NCBI RefSeq assembly: GCF_006345805.1 | Contig: NC_043007.1 | Span: forward strand, 12,462,001 to 12,526,000 | Direction of reading: 5' to 3' | Length of the DNA: 64,000 bases | Origin: Octopus sinensis | Lineage: Eukaryota | Part shown: one piece after another, positions 49,960 to 63,249 of the stretch | Position numbering within the stretch: position 1 is the first letter of the stretch | Layout of the letters: every line of letters starts with the position of its first letter | Notes under the pieces: generated by a model | The model's input: the letters and a program-made list of their open reading frames with translations, nothing else | What the model was told of the DNA's origin: nothing | The model's database searches: none | Program-made: the position numbers and the translations under genes

Positions 49960-50284
49960 TACTCTTTTTACTCTTTTTCTGGCTTCACTCATTTGACTGT
50001 GGCCATGCTGGAGCACCGCTAAGTTACAGGGACGTAAACACACCAGCATCAGTTGTCAAGTGATGTTGGGGGGACAAACACAGACACACAGACATACACA
50101 TGCATGCACATACATATATACGATGGCTTCTTTCAGTTTCCGTTGACCAAATCCACTCACAAGGCTTTGGTCAGCCCGAGGCTATAGTAGAAGACACTTG
50201 TTGCCCAAGGTGCCACACAGTGGGACTGAACCTGGAACTATGTGGTTGGTAAGCAAGCTACTTACCACACAGCCACTCCTTGAT

Positions 50285-50285
<1 letters not shown>
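49960..50285 (-). mobile_element. Family A SINE with an internal deletion
   Basis: Tail joined directly to CGCTAAGTTACAGGG; intact head at 50280. Confidence 0.8.
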
Positions 50286-50634
<349 letters not shown>

Positions 50635-50865
50635 AGGTGGTGAGCTGGCAAAAATGTTAGCATGCCAGGCGAAATTCATAGGTGTATTTCGTTTGTCGTT
50701 ACGTTCCGAGTTCAAATTCCGCCAAGGTCGACTTTGCCTTTCATCCTTTCGGGGTCGATAAATTAAGAAGCAGTTACGCACTTGGGTCGATGTAATCGAC
50801 TTAATCCTTTTGTCTGTCCTTGTTTGTCCCCTCTGTGTTTAGCCCCTTGTGAGTAGTAAAGAAAT
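50635..50865 (+). mobile_element. Family C SINE monomer ending in (TA)n
   Basis: GGTGGTGAGCTGGC head through GTAGTAAAGAAATATATA. Confidence 0.88.
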
Positions 50866-51102
50866 ATATATATATATATATATATATATAGTGTAATAAA
50901 TAAAATATATGCATACATACAAACATTTATGTACGTACCTACATCTACATGTAAATATACATGCATATGTAAATATATATATGTGAGTACAGGACACCAC
51001 AACTAGACGTAGAACTCAACAACAGAAAAACAGAGTACAAGACAAACTACACAAGGAAAATCCCCTTCATCAGCTGTCTCTAGTTCAACTCTAGCGTGTT
51101 TC

Positions 51103-51149
<47 letters not shown>

Positions 51150-52242
51150 TTTTTCTTTCACTTGGGTATTATCTCATGGAGTTCGGTCTGCTTTCTTTTT
51201 CCCATGCTGGTTCCACAGGACTCAATTACTTTTGGTACCAGTACATTGAATATTTCACAGAATTCTTCCACAGGAATTTTTTCCAGATCTTAGGTGTGCC
51301 TCTTACTTAGTTGGTTTATATGTCTCTTATGATCACCATGGGACCCTTTATTTAGATACATCATGCTAGCAATTTTTCTGGTAACAAGGCCATCTTCCCA
51401 GCCTTCTTAACCGTTTCTATAGGTTTTGAAATGCACTTTATCATCTATCTCGACATATTTTGCTGGCACTTTTGTATTTCTTTTACATTTTCATTTTCCT
51501 GGTAACAGCCTATCAAAAATGGATTTTATTCTTTTTGCGAACATCAATTGTGCGGGAGACTTCCCTGAATTTGTACTTGGATTGGGGGTCACTCTGTATA
51601 TTCTTAAGAAATTTGTCAGTGCTTCGTCGTTACTTAATTCACTCCTTGCTTTTCTTAACATTCTCTTCAGGGTGTCCACAAATCTTTTTTACCTGCTCAT
51701 TTGATCTTGGGTGGTAAGGTGGAGTGAAAATATGCTTTATCACATGCCTTTTACAGGGGTTCTTAAATTCATACCCAGAGAACTGCATTTTATTATCTAA
51801 AACTAGCATGTCAGGGACACTGTATCGCGCAAACAATTTGTATAAAAATTGCCTTAGAGGTTGGTCTATAGCATCTGCAGACCTCCAGCCACTTAGTACA
51901 GCTATCTACTATGATTAGATAGTAAGTGCCATTTATTGGTCCGGCATAGTCAATGTGTAACCTAGACCATGGGTTCTCCATCTCTGGCCACGATTGATAT
52001 TTTACTGGCAGGGCCTTGGCTGCAAGTGTGCAACCTCGGCACATTCTCACCAAGATATCTCAGTCCATAGATGGTCAATAGACATAACTCCTCGTCAGAG
52101 CCTTCATCCTTACCTGTAAAACTGTTGCAATACATCTTTTTTGTAATGCATTTGGAACCACCACTCTTTGGGCATACATCAGAATATTGTCAAAAATTGA
52201 AAAACTACTGGCATCTGAATTTTTATTCCGTTTAGTTTTTAA

Positions 52243-52855
52243 CCCTTTAGTGTTTAAACCGACCATATCTGGGCCCAAATAATCTACCTGTTTTCTGTTA
52301 AAACTGCCCAGATTTGGTATCTCACACCAACCTATAATGTCAATCTAAAAACAGGTGATAACATCATGGAAATCTTAAAGCTACGAAATAATGCATGATT
52401 AGCTTTGCCAGCCTTGCCTGGCCCCCATGCCGGTGGCACGTAAAAAGCACCATCCGATCGTGGCCATTGCCAGCCTCGCCTGGCCCCCGTGCCGGTGGCA
52501 CATAAAAAGCACCATCCGACCGTGGCCGTTTGCCAGCCTCACCCGGCCCCCGTGCCAGTGACACATAAAAAGCACCATCTGACCATGGCCATCTGCCAGC
52601 CCCATCTGGCAACCTGTGCCGGTGGTACGTAAAAAGCACCCACTACATTCACGGAGTGGTTGGCGTTAGGAAGGGCATCCAGCCGTAGAAACATTGCCAG
52701 ATCAGACTGGGCCTGGTGCAGCCTCCCGGCTTCCCAGACCCCAGTTGAACCGTCCAACCCATGCCAGCATGGAAAGCGGATGCTAAATGATGATGATGAG
52801 GATGATGATGATGAATAAATGTTATATTTGACAGAATAATCTGAATGCTAAAGGG
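52243..52855. mobile_element. piggyBac-like MITE inserted in Gypsy pol, itself interrupted by an RTE 3' fragment (52391-52813)
   Basis: TTAA at 52239-42 and 52856-59; TIR CCCTTTAGTGTT / AATGCTAAAGGG. Confidence 0.8.
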
Positions 52856-53617
52856 TTAAAGCGTCTTTTATTTTTGTAATATACTCATCACCTACAGCTT
52901 TCATTCTTATATTCTGTGCCATCACTGGTAATTCTTGGATAACATTCATCAAAACACTTTTAATTTCATTTCATACCTGCAGTGCTGCTATAACAGCCTC
53001 TTCTAGTGGCTCTATGTTTTTTTGGAATTAATCTTGAAAAGCAGTACACATGACCGACTTTTTCCGATGAAATGTATTGCATTTTGAAATTATAATTTAG
53101 TAATATTCCACCCCCAACAATGCAGGTGGTTCACAGTATGAGACGATAACCTTTTTTTAAACTCATAAATCAACAGCAAAGGTCAATGGCCTGTTTCCAA
53201 TAAAAAAAAACTTCTGCCATACAGAAACCTGTGAAATTTTCTGATTGTAAAAATAATTGCTGGGGCTTCCTTTTCAATTTGACTATATTTCTTCTCTACT
53301 ATTAGCGACCATGAAACATGAACCGCTGATTCTGTACTTCTGTCTTTGTATTTACAAAGAAGAACTGCCCCTAATCCATGCTCGGAAGCATCAGACATTA
53401 CAATGATGTCCATTTTGGGATTGTAATGTGCTAACTACAAGTTTGAGATTATAATTTTTTTTATTTCTTCAAAAGTGTTCTGGTATTTACTGGACCGATT
53501 CCACTTTACTCCCTTTTTATATAGTTCATTCAATGGAGCCCTTAACTTGTGCATATTAGGAATGTAGTTTTGATAATAATTTACCAACCCAAGAAATACT
53601 TGTGAAGTTGGAATATT

Positions 53618-53915
53618 ACGTAAAAAGCACCATCCAATCTTGGCTGTTGCCAGCCTCGCCTGGCCTCCATGCCGGTGGCACGTAAAAACCACCATCCGAT
53701 CATGGCCATTTGCCAGCCTCGTCTGGCACGTAAAAAGCACCCACTACACTCATGGATTGGTTGGCGTTAGGAAGGGCATCCAGCCATAGAAACATTGCCA
53801 GATCAGACTGGGCCTGGTGCAGCCTTCTGGCTTCCCAGACCCCAGTTGAACCGTCCAACCCATGCCAGCATGGAAAGCGGACGCTAAATGATGATGACGA
53901 TGATGATGAGAAGGA
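53618..53915 (+). mobile_element. RTE 3' UTR fragment inserted in the Gypsy RT
   Basis: Splits DAIRNMPP from NIPTSQVFLG; (GAT)n tail. Confidence 0.85.
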
Positions 53916-54344
53916 GGAGGCATATTCCTTATTGCGTCTGCCCTCGACAGGTCAGGGCGTCGACCACTTTTATCAATTATTAGCCCTAAGTACTTAATAT
54001 GGGGTAGAAAGAATTTGCATTTTTCTTCACTCAAGGTGAACCTGAAGACTTTAAGTTTCTTAAATACAGCTTTTATTTGCTCCACATGTTGTTCACAAGA
54101 CTTACGCCTGGCCAAAATATCATCCAACAACAGGATTGCAAATTCACAACCAGATAACATAGTATCCATGATTTGCTGGAATATTGCTGGTGCCACTTTT
54201 AATCCAAAAGGTAATCCTGTTTATCTGTGCAATTCTCTGTGTCTATTTATTGTCAAATACTTTGAGCATTTTTCATTTACTTTTATCTGTAAATAGGCTT
54301 CAGATAGATCTAACAAATAGGCTTCAGACAGATAGGCTTCAGAC

Positions 54345-54665
54345 AGATCTAACAAAAACAGCACAGCTCCCATTACTTCAGGAAACATTTCTTCACGCTG
54401 AGAGTTGCTGAAACATGGAACAGACTGCCGGCATCAGTTGTTAGTTGTCGGAGCACTGCATCCTTCAAAACTTCCATGCTTCCTGAGATTCGCCAACACT
54501 ACACTTGATTTTCTCCCCTCCATACACACACAAGCATGTATCTGACTCATACATTGTTCACTTTCCAGACATTTCTACATTACTGCATGTACTTTATATG
54601 CACTTTCTGACAAGTTGTGGTGCACCTGAGCACTGTATACAATAATTTCATTATTATTATTATTT
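54345..54665 (+). mobile_element. CR1/L2 3' end inserted in the Gypsy RT
   Basis: Reverse-complement match to 48770-49070; (ATT)n tail; duplicated RT sequence (AAATAGGCTTCAGA.AGATCTAAC) at its 5' junction. Confidence 0.85.
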
Positions 54666-55152
54666 TTAATTTGGAAAACCTTTTTCCACCATTTAACTTT
54701 GAAAAAAATGTCCTCTGCAGTTGGGAGTGGATGGTGATATGTTTTTAAGCAGTCGTTCAATCCTGTAGAGAAATCGGCACACAACCTCATCTTATTGTTT
54801 TTTTTTAAGTACATCAACATCAAAAAGTCAAATGGAAATTGTAGTAAAAAGCACCATCCGAACGTGGAGAAAAAGGGAATAAAAATAGTATATGGTTGAC
54901 AGAGATGGATGGAGGAAGAAATGGATGGTAGTAAAGAGAGAAAGACAACAGATAGGTAGGGAGACAGATAGAAATAAGTGGGGGAGGAGAGAGGAGAAGG
55001 ATAGAGAAATGGATAGAAAAGAGAGAAAGTCTTGCGCCAAATATTGAACACTGTGTGGTGTGCCCCTGAGTGGGAACAGAAGTGGGGTGGGTGACATTAC
55101 AGTGACTAATAACCATAAAATGTTGCACAGAAAGTCCCCCCCACACACGCAC

Positions 55153-55209
<57 letters not shown>

Positions 55210-55212
<3 letters not shown>

Positions 55213-56520
55213 TCATCATCATCATCATCATCATCATTTAGCGTCCGTTTTTCATGCTAGCATGGGTTGGACGGTTCAACTGGGGTCTGTGAAGCCAGAA
55301 GGCTGCAGAAGGCCCAGTCTGATCTGGCAGTGCTTCTACGGCTGGATGCCCTTCCTAACGCCAACCACTCCATGAGTGTAGTGGGTGCTTTTTACGTGCC
55401 ACCCACACAGGTGCCAGACAGAGCTGGCAAATGGCCATGAACAGATGGTGCCTTTACGTGCCACCGGCACGGGGGCCAGGCAAGGCTGGCAACGGTCACA
55501 AGCAGATGGTGCTTTTACGTGCCACCAGCACGGGGGCCAGGCGAGGCTGGCAATGGACACGAATGGATGGTGCTTTTTACATGCCACCGGCACGAGGCCA
55601 GTCGGGGGGGTGCTGGCAACGGTCACGAACGGATGGTTCTCTTATGTGCCACCGGCACTGGTAACTCAGCTGCAATTTCCATTGATCGATTTCAATTCTG
55701 ATCCTCACTTGCCTCAACAGGTCTTCGCAAGTAGAGTTTTGTGTCCCAAGAAGGGAAGGTATGCATACGTAGGCTGGCTCCATCCCATGTAGAAGGCCAC
55801 AGGTTATGGTCTCACTTGTCCTGCCGGGTCTTCTCGCGCACAGCATACTTCCAGAGATCTCGGTCTCTAGTCATTTCCTCAGTGAGACCTAAAGTTCAAA
55901 GGTCGTGCTTCACCACCTCGTCCCAGGTTTTCCTGGGTCTGCCTCTTCCACAGGTTCCCTCAACTGCTGGGGTGTGGCACTTTTTCACACAACTATCTTC
56001 ATCCATTCTCGCCACATGCCCATACCAGCGCAAACGTCTCTCTTGTACACCACAACTGATGCTTCTTAGGTCCAGCTTTTCTCTCAAGGTACTTACACTC
56101 TGTCGAGTATGAGTACTGACATTACACATCCATCGGAGCATACTGGCTTAATTTCTTGCGAGCTTACGCATATCCTCAGCCGTCACGGCCCATGTTTCAC
56201 TGCCATGTAGCATGGCTGTTCGTACACACACATCATACAGTCTGCCTTTTACTCTGTGTGAGAGGCCTTTTGTCACCAGCAGAGGTAAGAGCTCTCTGAA
56301 CTTTGCCCAAGCTATTCTTACTCTAGCAGTTACACTTTCAGCACACCCGCCCCCACTGTTGACTTGGTCACCTAGGTAACGGAAGCTATCAACTATTTCT
56401 AGTTTTTCTCCCTGGAAAGTGACGGAAGTTGGTCTCAGAGCATTTTCAGTGTTTATTGTTCCTGAGCATCTGCCACATACAAAAACCATCTTCCTAGTTA
56501 GCCTTCCTTTGACATTGCTG
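55210..56520 (-). mobile_element. 5'-truncated RTE LINE (~1.3 kb)
   Basis: EIVDSFRYLGD..RVRIAWAKFRELLPLL..LYDVCVRTAMLHGSETW, MLRWMCNVS..RRLRWYGHVARM..GRGRPRKTW, 3' UTR with repeats, (GAT)n tail. Confidence 0.93.
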
Positions 56521-56683
56521 CACCTCTTATGTGTCCATAGCTTACACTTCTATATATATATATATATTATATATATATATAATATATATATATATATAGA
56601 AGTGTAAGCTATGGACACATAAGAGGTGCAGCAATGTCAAAGGAAGGCTAACTAGGAATGTCAAGGAAGGCTAACTAGGAAGA
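56491..56683. repeat. Perfect ~60-bp inverted duplication around (TA)n
   Basis: 56491-56551 is mirrored at 56598-56660, followed by a partial re-duplication. Confidence 0.9.
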
Positions 56684-56792
56684 TATATATATATAAAGAA
56701 CACTTAGCATTGTAGGTGTTCTAACACCTGCCATATCTAGTAACAATTATAGTTTTCCTTTTTGGTGATTCATTTCTAAACCATTGCCTAAC

Positions 56793-56829
<37 letters not shown>

Positions 56830-56832
<3 letters not shown>

Positions 56833-57238
56833 TCTTTTACTCTTTTACTTGTTTCAGTCATTTGACTGTGGCCATGCTGGAACACCACCTTTAGTTGAGC
56901 AAACCAACACCAGGACTTATTCTTTGTAAGCCTAGTACTTATTCTATCGGTCTCTTTTGCTGAACCACTAAGTTATGGGGATGTAAGCACACCAGCATCG
57001 GTTGTCAAGTGATGTTGGGGGGACAAACACAGACTTACAAGCATACACACACACACACACATATATATACATATATACGACGGGCTTCTTTCAGTTTCCA
57101 TCTATCAAATCCACTCACAAGGCTTTGGTCAGCCTGCAGCTGTAGTAGAAGACACTTGTTCAAGATGCCACACAGTGGGACTGAACCCAGAACCATGTGG
57201 TTGGTAAGCAAGCTGCTTACCACACAGCCACTCCTTTG
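56830..57238 (-). mobile_element. Family A SINE, full length
   Basis: Reverse complement of the whole family A element. Confidence 0.88.
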
Positions 57239-57239
57239 C

Positions 57240-57785
57240 CTATATACATGGTGGCTGCCCCCTCGTTATTGAGTTTGGCCATTGTACGAAGCTTAACCAA
57301 TGTTGTTATCGTGCAATGCCTGTGCAAGAAGATTTTTTTAAAGTGAGGAAAGGCTGTGCACAGAGTCAATCCCACTCACTAAGCAACAGCAGCCATAATC
57401 TGAAAAGAAGAACAAGTCAACATCATCGGTAACCACTGAGCTGCAGGTTTTATGTCAGAGTTATCCCAGTTACCTGAGTTACCTTCTCCTAGAAGGATGC
57501 CCTAACAAAGGTTAGGAGTCCTTCACTCCCAATGGTTTAACCGCACGATCGGGTATTCAGTCCGATTATTTCTATTTCCCCGCACATGATACAGCCTAAA
57601 GACATTTATTGGATGGCCGTTGACTCTCAAGAGTTCCTCCGCCCTTTGATGGGTCTTGTTTTTCATCCTGCAGGGTGTCCAATAAACACCCTCCTCACCA
57701 AGCAAGCTTGGTGGGGTTGCCAGTTTAGTCGCCGACGACCCGACCATGCAACAGGTCACATTCAAGTGCTACTGGTAACATGTAG
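57240..57785. mobile_element. Unclassified interspersed repeat, possibly RTE-related
   Basis: Contains CCTTCTCCTAG..CCCTAAC.AAGG and GGTTGCCAGTTTAGTCGCC motifs recalled from RTE-associated repeats; no coding match. Confidence 0.35.
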
Positions 57786-57967
57786 CCTATATACATACAT
57801 ACATACATACATGCATGCATGCATGCATGCATGCATACATACATACATACATACATACATACATACATACACACACGCATACATACATGCATGCATGCAT
57901 ACATACATACATACATACATACATACAAACAATACATACATACATACATACAAACAATACATACATT

Positions 57968-57999
<32 letters not shown>

Positions 58000-58004
58000 C
58001 TTAC

Positions 58005-58055
<51 letters not shown>

Positions 58056-59329
58056 CATCTTGTACCATCTGCACTAGTGTACACCATCTTCATTATCATG
58101 CATCGTTTTCAGCCTCCTTATGGTATTTTAAATTCACCTCCTGCAGAAAAAGAACAATTTTCTTCATGGTAAAACAATTGAATCCAAAGACACAAGTGAT
58201 GGTCTTCTTTGGCAGCAAGTAAAAGACGATTTAAAGCCAGCAAAGTGGAAGAAATAACTTTGCTGCAAAGGAAACGAGAATCTAAAATGGTTTCTAACGA
58301 AATAACTTTGTCAAAGAGTTCTGCCCAATTGTGTTAAATTTCTCCTGTTTTACATAGTACGATAATTCACAAAACTTTACAAGCATTTAAAAAAATTTTA
58401 TTTTTTTTCATGGTTGACTTCATTGTTTAATAAGTATTTTTTGGCTATAAAAGAAAACAAAAAGTTTTAAAAAGCCAACATAACTTGCGTTGTTCTTGAT
58501 CTCACAGCATGAACAAATAAAGCTGAACTGAAGCTTTTAAACATAATTGACATTATTACCTGAACAGTTTTAGCTAACTGTTATCAGACAGGATTGTCCA
58601 AAGGTAAATAAGAAAAGAAAAAAAAAAGAGAAAAAAAAAAGAGAGAGAAAAAAATCACATTCAAAGCAATGCTTCAGTTCCCTTGTAAAAGAAGGGAACA
58701 CCTAACATTAAGTTTGGTATTATTTGTTCATTATGTTTATGCATATATCCCACCCATTCTCAGCTATTCAAGGTATGTTACACCTGACTCCTAAGATTGC
58801 AAAGCATTCCCATTTAAAAACAATTTCAATTCCACTCCCAGCATACTTGTCGGGGGAAAGTATGTCACATAATTTGCCTCATAACTTTAGTCAATAACTT
58901 AACAACATTCTTCTCTGTCATTCAATAAGATTGACCTAGAAAACTGATAAAACTACAATCAACTTAGACTCTGTCCTTAACAGATTTTATTCAACTTCTT
59001 TATAAACAGCTACAGACTTTTATTACAATGAATAACCATTAAAATTTATCAATAAATGGAAAAATTGTATTGTTTTACTCAAATCAAATAAAACCAATTT
59101 CTACCCCAAATTCAACTTTAGTCATTAAGTAATTAGAGTCGTTCGTTTAAGAAATCTTAATTTTCTGTCTCACGACATTCTCTATCTAAGAGGGTTTTGT
59201 GTTTCCTATCAAATACACCAAGGATCATTCGTTGGTGTTTAGCCCCGAGTCGGTCCACAATGAGCATCCGTATGATTAAAGATTTTCTAGCATTGATCAT
59301 CTCACCTTTTCTTGTTGTTGCTGCTTGTT

Positions 59330-59703
59330 TGTTTGTTTGTTTGTTTGTTGAGTGAAGCGGTCTTCGTCCCAGAGTGGGAGAAGTCCGAAACGTGGTTCTT
59401 TGCTATTCGTAAGACCTGCAGAAGAGAAAGCAGGTCAACCCTTGACACCGAGAGCATCGACGGATGGATGAATGTGCATCCAGGCTCAGCGGTTGTGTAG
59501 GAAGTCGGGGACAAGAAACAGGAAGAAAGAATGAGAGAAAGTTGGAGCAAAAGAGTACAACAGGGGTTGCCACCACCCCCTGCCAAAGCCTCGTGGAGCT
59601 TTAGGTGTTTTCGCTCAATAAACACACACAACGTCCAGTCTGGGAATCGAAACCATGATCCTCCGACGGCGAGTCCGCTGCCCTAACCATTGGGCCATTG
59701 CAC
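59330..59703 (-). mobile_element. tRNA-derived SINE (family E)
   Basis: Minus-strand head GGTGCAATGGCCCAATGGTTAGGGCAGCGGACTCG..GGTTTCGATTCCC. Confidence 0.75.
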
Positions 59704-59704
59704 C

Positions 59705-60030
59705 TCCACTGTTGTTGTTGCTGTTTAGCTCCAGGTCAACTCAGTTTGAGCAACTGTATGATTGAATATGGTCAAAGGCTTTCCAACCATGACTATCCTG
59801 CCTTATTGTTGTTGTGGTTATTGCTGTCATTTAATTGCATGTCAGTGCAAATTGAACAGCTGCTACATGTTCAAGGGCTTTCCAACTGTGACCATTCCAT
59901 CTTGTTCTTGTTATTTAGCCCTAGGTCAGCCTGAACTGTACAACTGTGTGGTCAAAGCTTTTCAAACTGTGATCACCTCATCTTGTTATTTAACCCCGAG
60001 TCAGTCCAAACTGAGCATCCATATCATATG
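59705..60030 (+). repeat. Degenerate tandem repeat (~80-95 bp, TTTAGCC/TCCAGGTCA core)
   Basis: Three to four similar units. Confidence 0.65.
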
Positions 60031-60044
60031 ATCAAACGTTTTCA

Positions 60045-60565
60045 TACACACTGATATCTTGAGTATTGAGGCTATGGTGCACAAGCACCGGTTATGTTGA
60101 ACTGGACACCTTATTAGAATGAAGGATAACAGGGTCCCTATGCAGATGCTATATGGGGAACTTGTTAATGGAAAGAGACCCCAGCAGAAACAAAGGCTGC
60201 AATTTAAGGACCGTGTCAAGTCCTCATTAAAGGCCTGTGATATGCAGGAGACTGACTGGGAGAGCAATGCCTGTCATCGCCACAGATGGAGGAAGCAGGT
60301 TAAGGAGGGGGTTGACACTTTTGAGAGAGCACGTATTCTGCATGAGGAATCTAAGCATGCTGCTCAAAAGTGCACTGCTGGTTTAGTGAATGGGGAAAGC
60401 CTGGTTTGCAGTGTTTACAGTTGTATATGCTTGTCAAGGGCAGGGCTCATTAGCCACCAACGGAGCCGCAAATGCAAAATATAAGTTAGTCCTAGAGCGC
60501 ACAATGTTCCTAAAGGTCAGCAATGGTCTTCCTTGGTCGCGAGTGGACAGCCATCATATATGTAT
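60045..60565 (+). mobile_element. RTE (BovB-like) LINE 3' end
   Basis: GHLIRMKDNRVPMQMLYGELVNGKRP..KQRLQFKDRVKSSLK..WE..WR, and a terminal C..C..SRAGLISHQR-like finger. Confidence 0.85.
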
Positions 60566-60729
60566 GTATGAATGTATGTTTGCATGAAAGTATGTATGCA
60601 TGAATGTTCTAAGTTGTAGACTATATTTTTGCATCTAAGTAAGTAGCTGACATTCTGTATAGGGGGACATCTTTTCATGTAGGTGTTAAGATATTAATAA
60701 TCTATGTTTTGCAAGCCATCAGGCAAATT

Positions 60730-60758
60730 GCATTTTGCAGTAGTTTCCACTGCTGTTC

Positions 60759-60792
<34 letters not shown>

Positions 60793-61210
60793 CACATGCG
60801 TGTGTATATGTGTGTGTGTATGGGTGTATATGTGTGCGCATGGGTGTATATGTGTGCGCATGTGCGTGTGTGCTTGTGTGTGTATGCATGTGTATGTGTG
60901 TGTATGCATGTGTATGTGTGTGTGTGTGCATGTGCATGTGCATATGCTTGTGTGTGTGTGTGCATGGGTGTATATGTGTGCGCACGTGCGTGTGTATATG
61001 CATGTGTATGTGTGTGTGTATGCATGTGTATGTGTGTGTGTGTGCATGGGTGTATATGTGTGCGCATGTGCGTGTGTATATGCATGTGTATGTGTGTGTG
61101 TATGCATGTGTATGTGTGTGTGCGTGCATGTGCATGTGTGTGTGTATGCATGTGTATGTGTGTGTGTGTGCATGGATGTGTATGTGTGTGTGTGCTTGTG
61201 TGTGTGAGTG
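60730..61210. repeat. (TG)n/(ATGTGT)n compound microsatellite
   Basis: Visible repeat. Confidence 0.95.
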
Positions 61211-61469
61211 TAAAGACAGAAAATTGCATGCATTTCGACCACTCATATTCTTTATTGTTATTCACCTCATCCTCAGAGTATGGTATGTTCCGATGCTCGG
61301 AATATCTTGTTCGGAACAACCTGAAAAAAGACAAGAACAAGAACGTATGCTTCTGAGATACTCAGTGGAATTTCCCTCCATAAACGCAAGGCCTGCAATT
61401 CTGGAATTCATGCTTAAATGACTACAAGTACCAAATCCAGATTTTAACATAAATCTTCCATGTTTATGA

Positions 61470-61641
61470 ATGGCAGTTTGAAAGAAGTTACATGTTCCGG
61501 GTTCAATCCCACTGCTTGGCACTGTGGACAGGTGTCTTCTACTGTAGCCTCGGGCCGAACAAAGCCTTCTGAGTGGATTTGGTAGACGGAACCTGAAAGA
61601 AGCCCGTGTTATATATATATGTATGTATGTATATATATATA

Positions 61642-61705
<64 letters not shown>

Positions 61706-61743
61706 ATATGTATATGTATATGTATATATATATATATATTATA

Positions 61744-61774
<31 letters not shown>

Positions 61775-62035
61775 ATAATATATATATATATATATATGTA
61801 TGTATGTGTGTGTGTGTGTATATGTTTGTGTATCTGTGTTTGTCCCTCCGACATTGCTTGACAACCGACGGTGGTGAGTTTACATCCCCGTAACCTAGCA
61901 GTTCAGCAAAAGAGACCGATAAAATAAGTACTAGGCTTACAAAGAATAAGTCCTGGGTCGATTTGCTCAACTAAAGGCGTTGCTCCAGCATGGCCGCAGT
62001 CAAATGACTGAAACAATTAAAAGAGTAAAGAGAGT
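61470..62035 (+). mobile_element. Family A SINE
   Basis: GGGTTCAATCCCACTGC through the AAAAGAGTAAAG tail. Confidence 0.85.
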
Positions 62036-62044
62036 ATACCTAAA

Positions 62045-62270
62045 GAGATGAGCTGGCAGAATTGTTTGAATATTGCTGCAAAATGGTTAGCAACAATTTA
62101 TCCATCTTTATGTTCTAAGTTCAACTTCCGTTGAGGTTGACTCTGCTTTTCATCCTTTTGAGATTGATAAATTAAGTCCCAGTTGAACACTTGGTTGGGG
62201 TCAAAATAATCAACATAACCCCACCCTCGAAATTGCTGGCCTTGTGCTAAAATTTGAAACCATTCTTAGT
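62045..62270 (+). mobile_element. Old SINE related to family C
   Basis: GAGCTGGCAGAATTG head; GAGGTTGACTCTGCTTTTCATCCTTTTGAG core. Confidence 0.65.
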
Positions 62271-62899
62271 GACACCTGTTGTGATTTTGCCTTGTTAATA
62301 AACATACACTCATGTATATTCACTTAGTGATTATATCATCACTAGTTCAGCGTATATGAGAAAATGGTCATGATTCAGTGATGAGATCAGAATAAGGCTA
62401 AAACATGTCCTGAGTCATCTTTCACACTTGGCCAGAGACTGTAAAAATAATATTAATCATTAACAAACATTATTTTCTTTCTTTTTTTCTCTTACATATT
62501 TTTGATTAGATATTTTCTATTCTCCAAGCATTATATATGTTAAAACTAATAGAATTTATAAATTATTTAACCCAGTTCCAGTTTTTAGTTGGCTTCTTTT
62601 ATTTTGAATCACTAATGGTGAATGATAACATAGTTGGTTGCAGGTTTCCAACGAGTTATTCACTGGTTTACTGCATTTCTGATACCAACAATTAACTTGG
62701 GATCATCTGAACCATTCAGTGTAAGACGAATACCATGCAGGGCATTTTTTATTAAAAGGTACAAGGTTTTTGGTTTTCTTTCAAATGGCTTTTCAGTGCA
62801 ATGCATTGGTGAAGTACACACACACACACAAACACACTAACACCTATAATATGTATATATGTATATACGTATATATATATATGTATATGTATATGCATA

Positions 62900-63230
62900 T
62901 ATATATCATCATCATCATCATCGTTTAATATCCGCTTTCCATGCTAGCATGGGTTGGACAATTTGACTGATGTCTGGTGAACCAGATGGCTGCACCAGGC
63001 TCCAGTCTGATCTGGCAGAATTTCTACAGCTGGATGCCCTTCCTAATGTCAACCACTCCGAGAGTGTAGTGGGTGCTTTTACGTGCCAATGGCATGAGGG
63101 CCAGTCAGATGGTACTGGCAATGGCCACACTCAAATGGTGTTTTTTTACATGCCACCTGCACGGGAGCCAGTCCAGTGGCACTGGCAACGACCTCGCTCG
63201 AATGTTTTCTCATGTGCCACCAGCACAAGT
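62900..63230 (-). mobile_element. RTE 3' UTR fragment
   Basis: Same terminal block as the other copies. Confidence 0.8.
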
Positions 63231-63249
63231 ATCATTAAGACGATATATA

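Larger units (their letters stand above)
51200..54840 (-). mobile_element. Decayed Ty3/Gypsy pol (RT-RNase H-integrase order), interrupted by insertions
   Basis: RLCADFSTGLN, DLSEAYLQI, LPFGLKVAPAIFQ, LLDDIL, FLGLVNYY, SDASEHGLGAVL, YSQIEKEA, MKALTRSYVY, WSRLHIDYAGP, PPYHPRSN, SPAQLMF, in many frames with stops. Confidence 0.92.

Noticed and set aside
51050-51108. Minus-strand GAAAC...CUGAUGA hammerhead
   Set aside because: The motifs are in type-II order, but there is no valid stem III, cleavage triplet pairing or stem I.
57715-57785. HDV-like ribozyme (minus strand: CCAG..GG-TCG..CGA-C-TAAA-CTGG)
   Set aside because: P2, P4 and J4/2-like parts are visible, but P3 is mismatched, L3 lacks the P1.1 CC and the 5' P1 strand is missing. 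A family consensus would be needed.
61215-61285. Minus-strand CUGAGGA-U-GA...UC-GAAAUGCAUG
   Set aside because: Position 17 is G, stem II is only 2 bp and there is no stem I; at most a heavily decayed relic.
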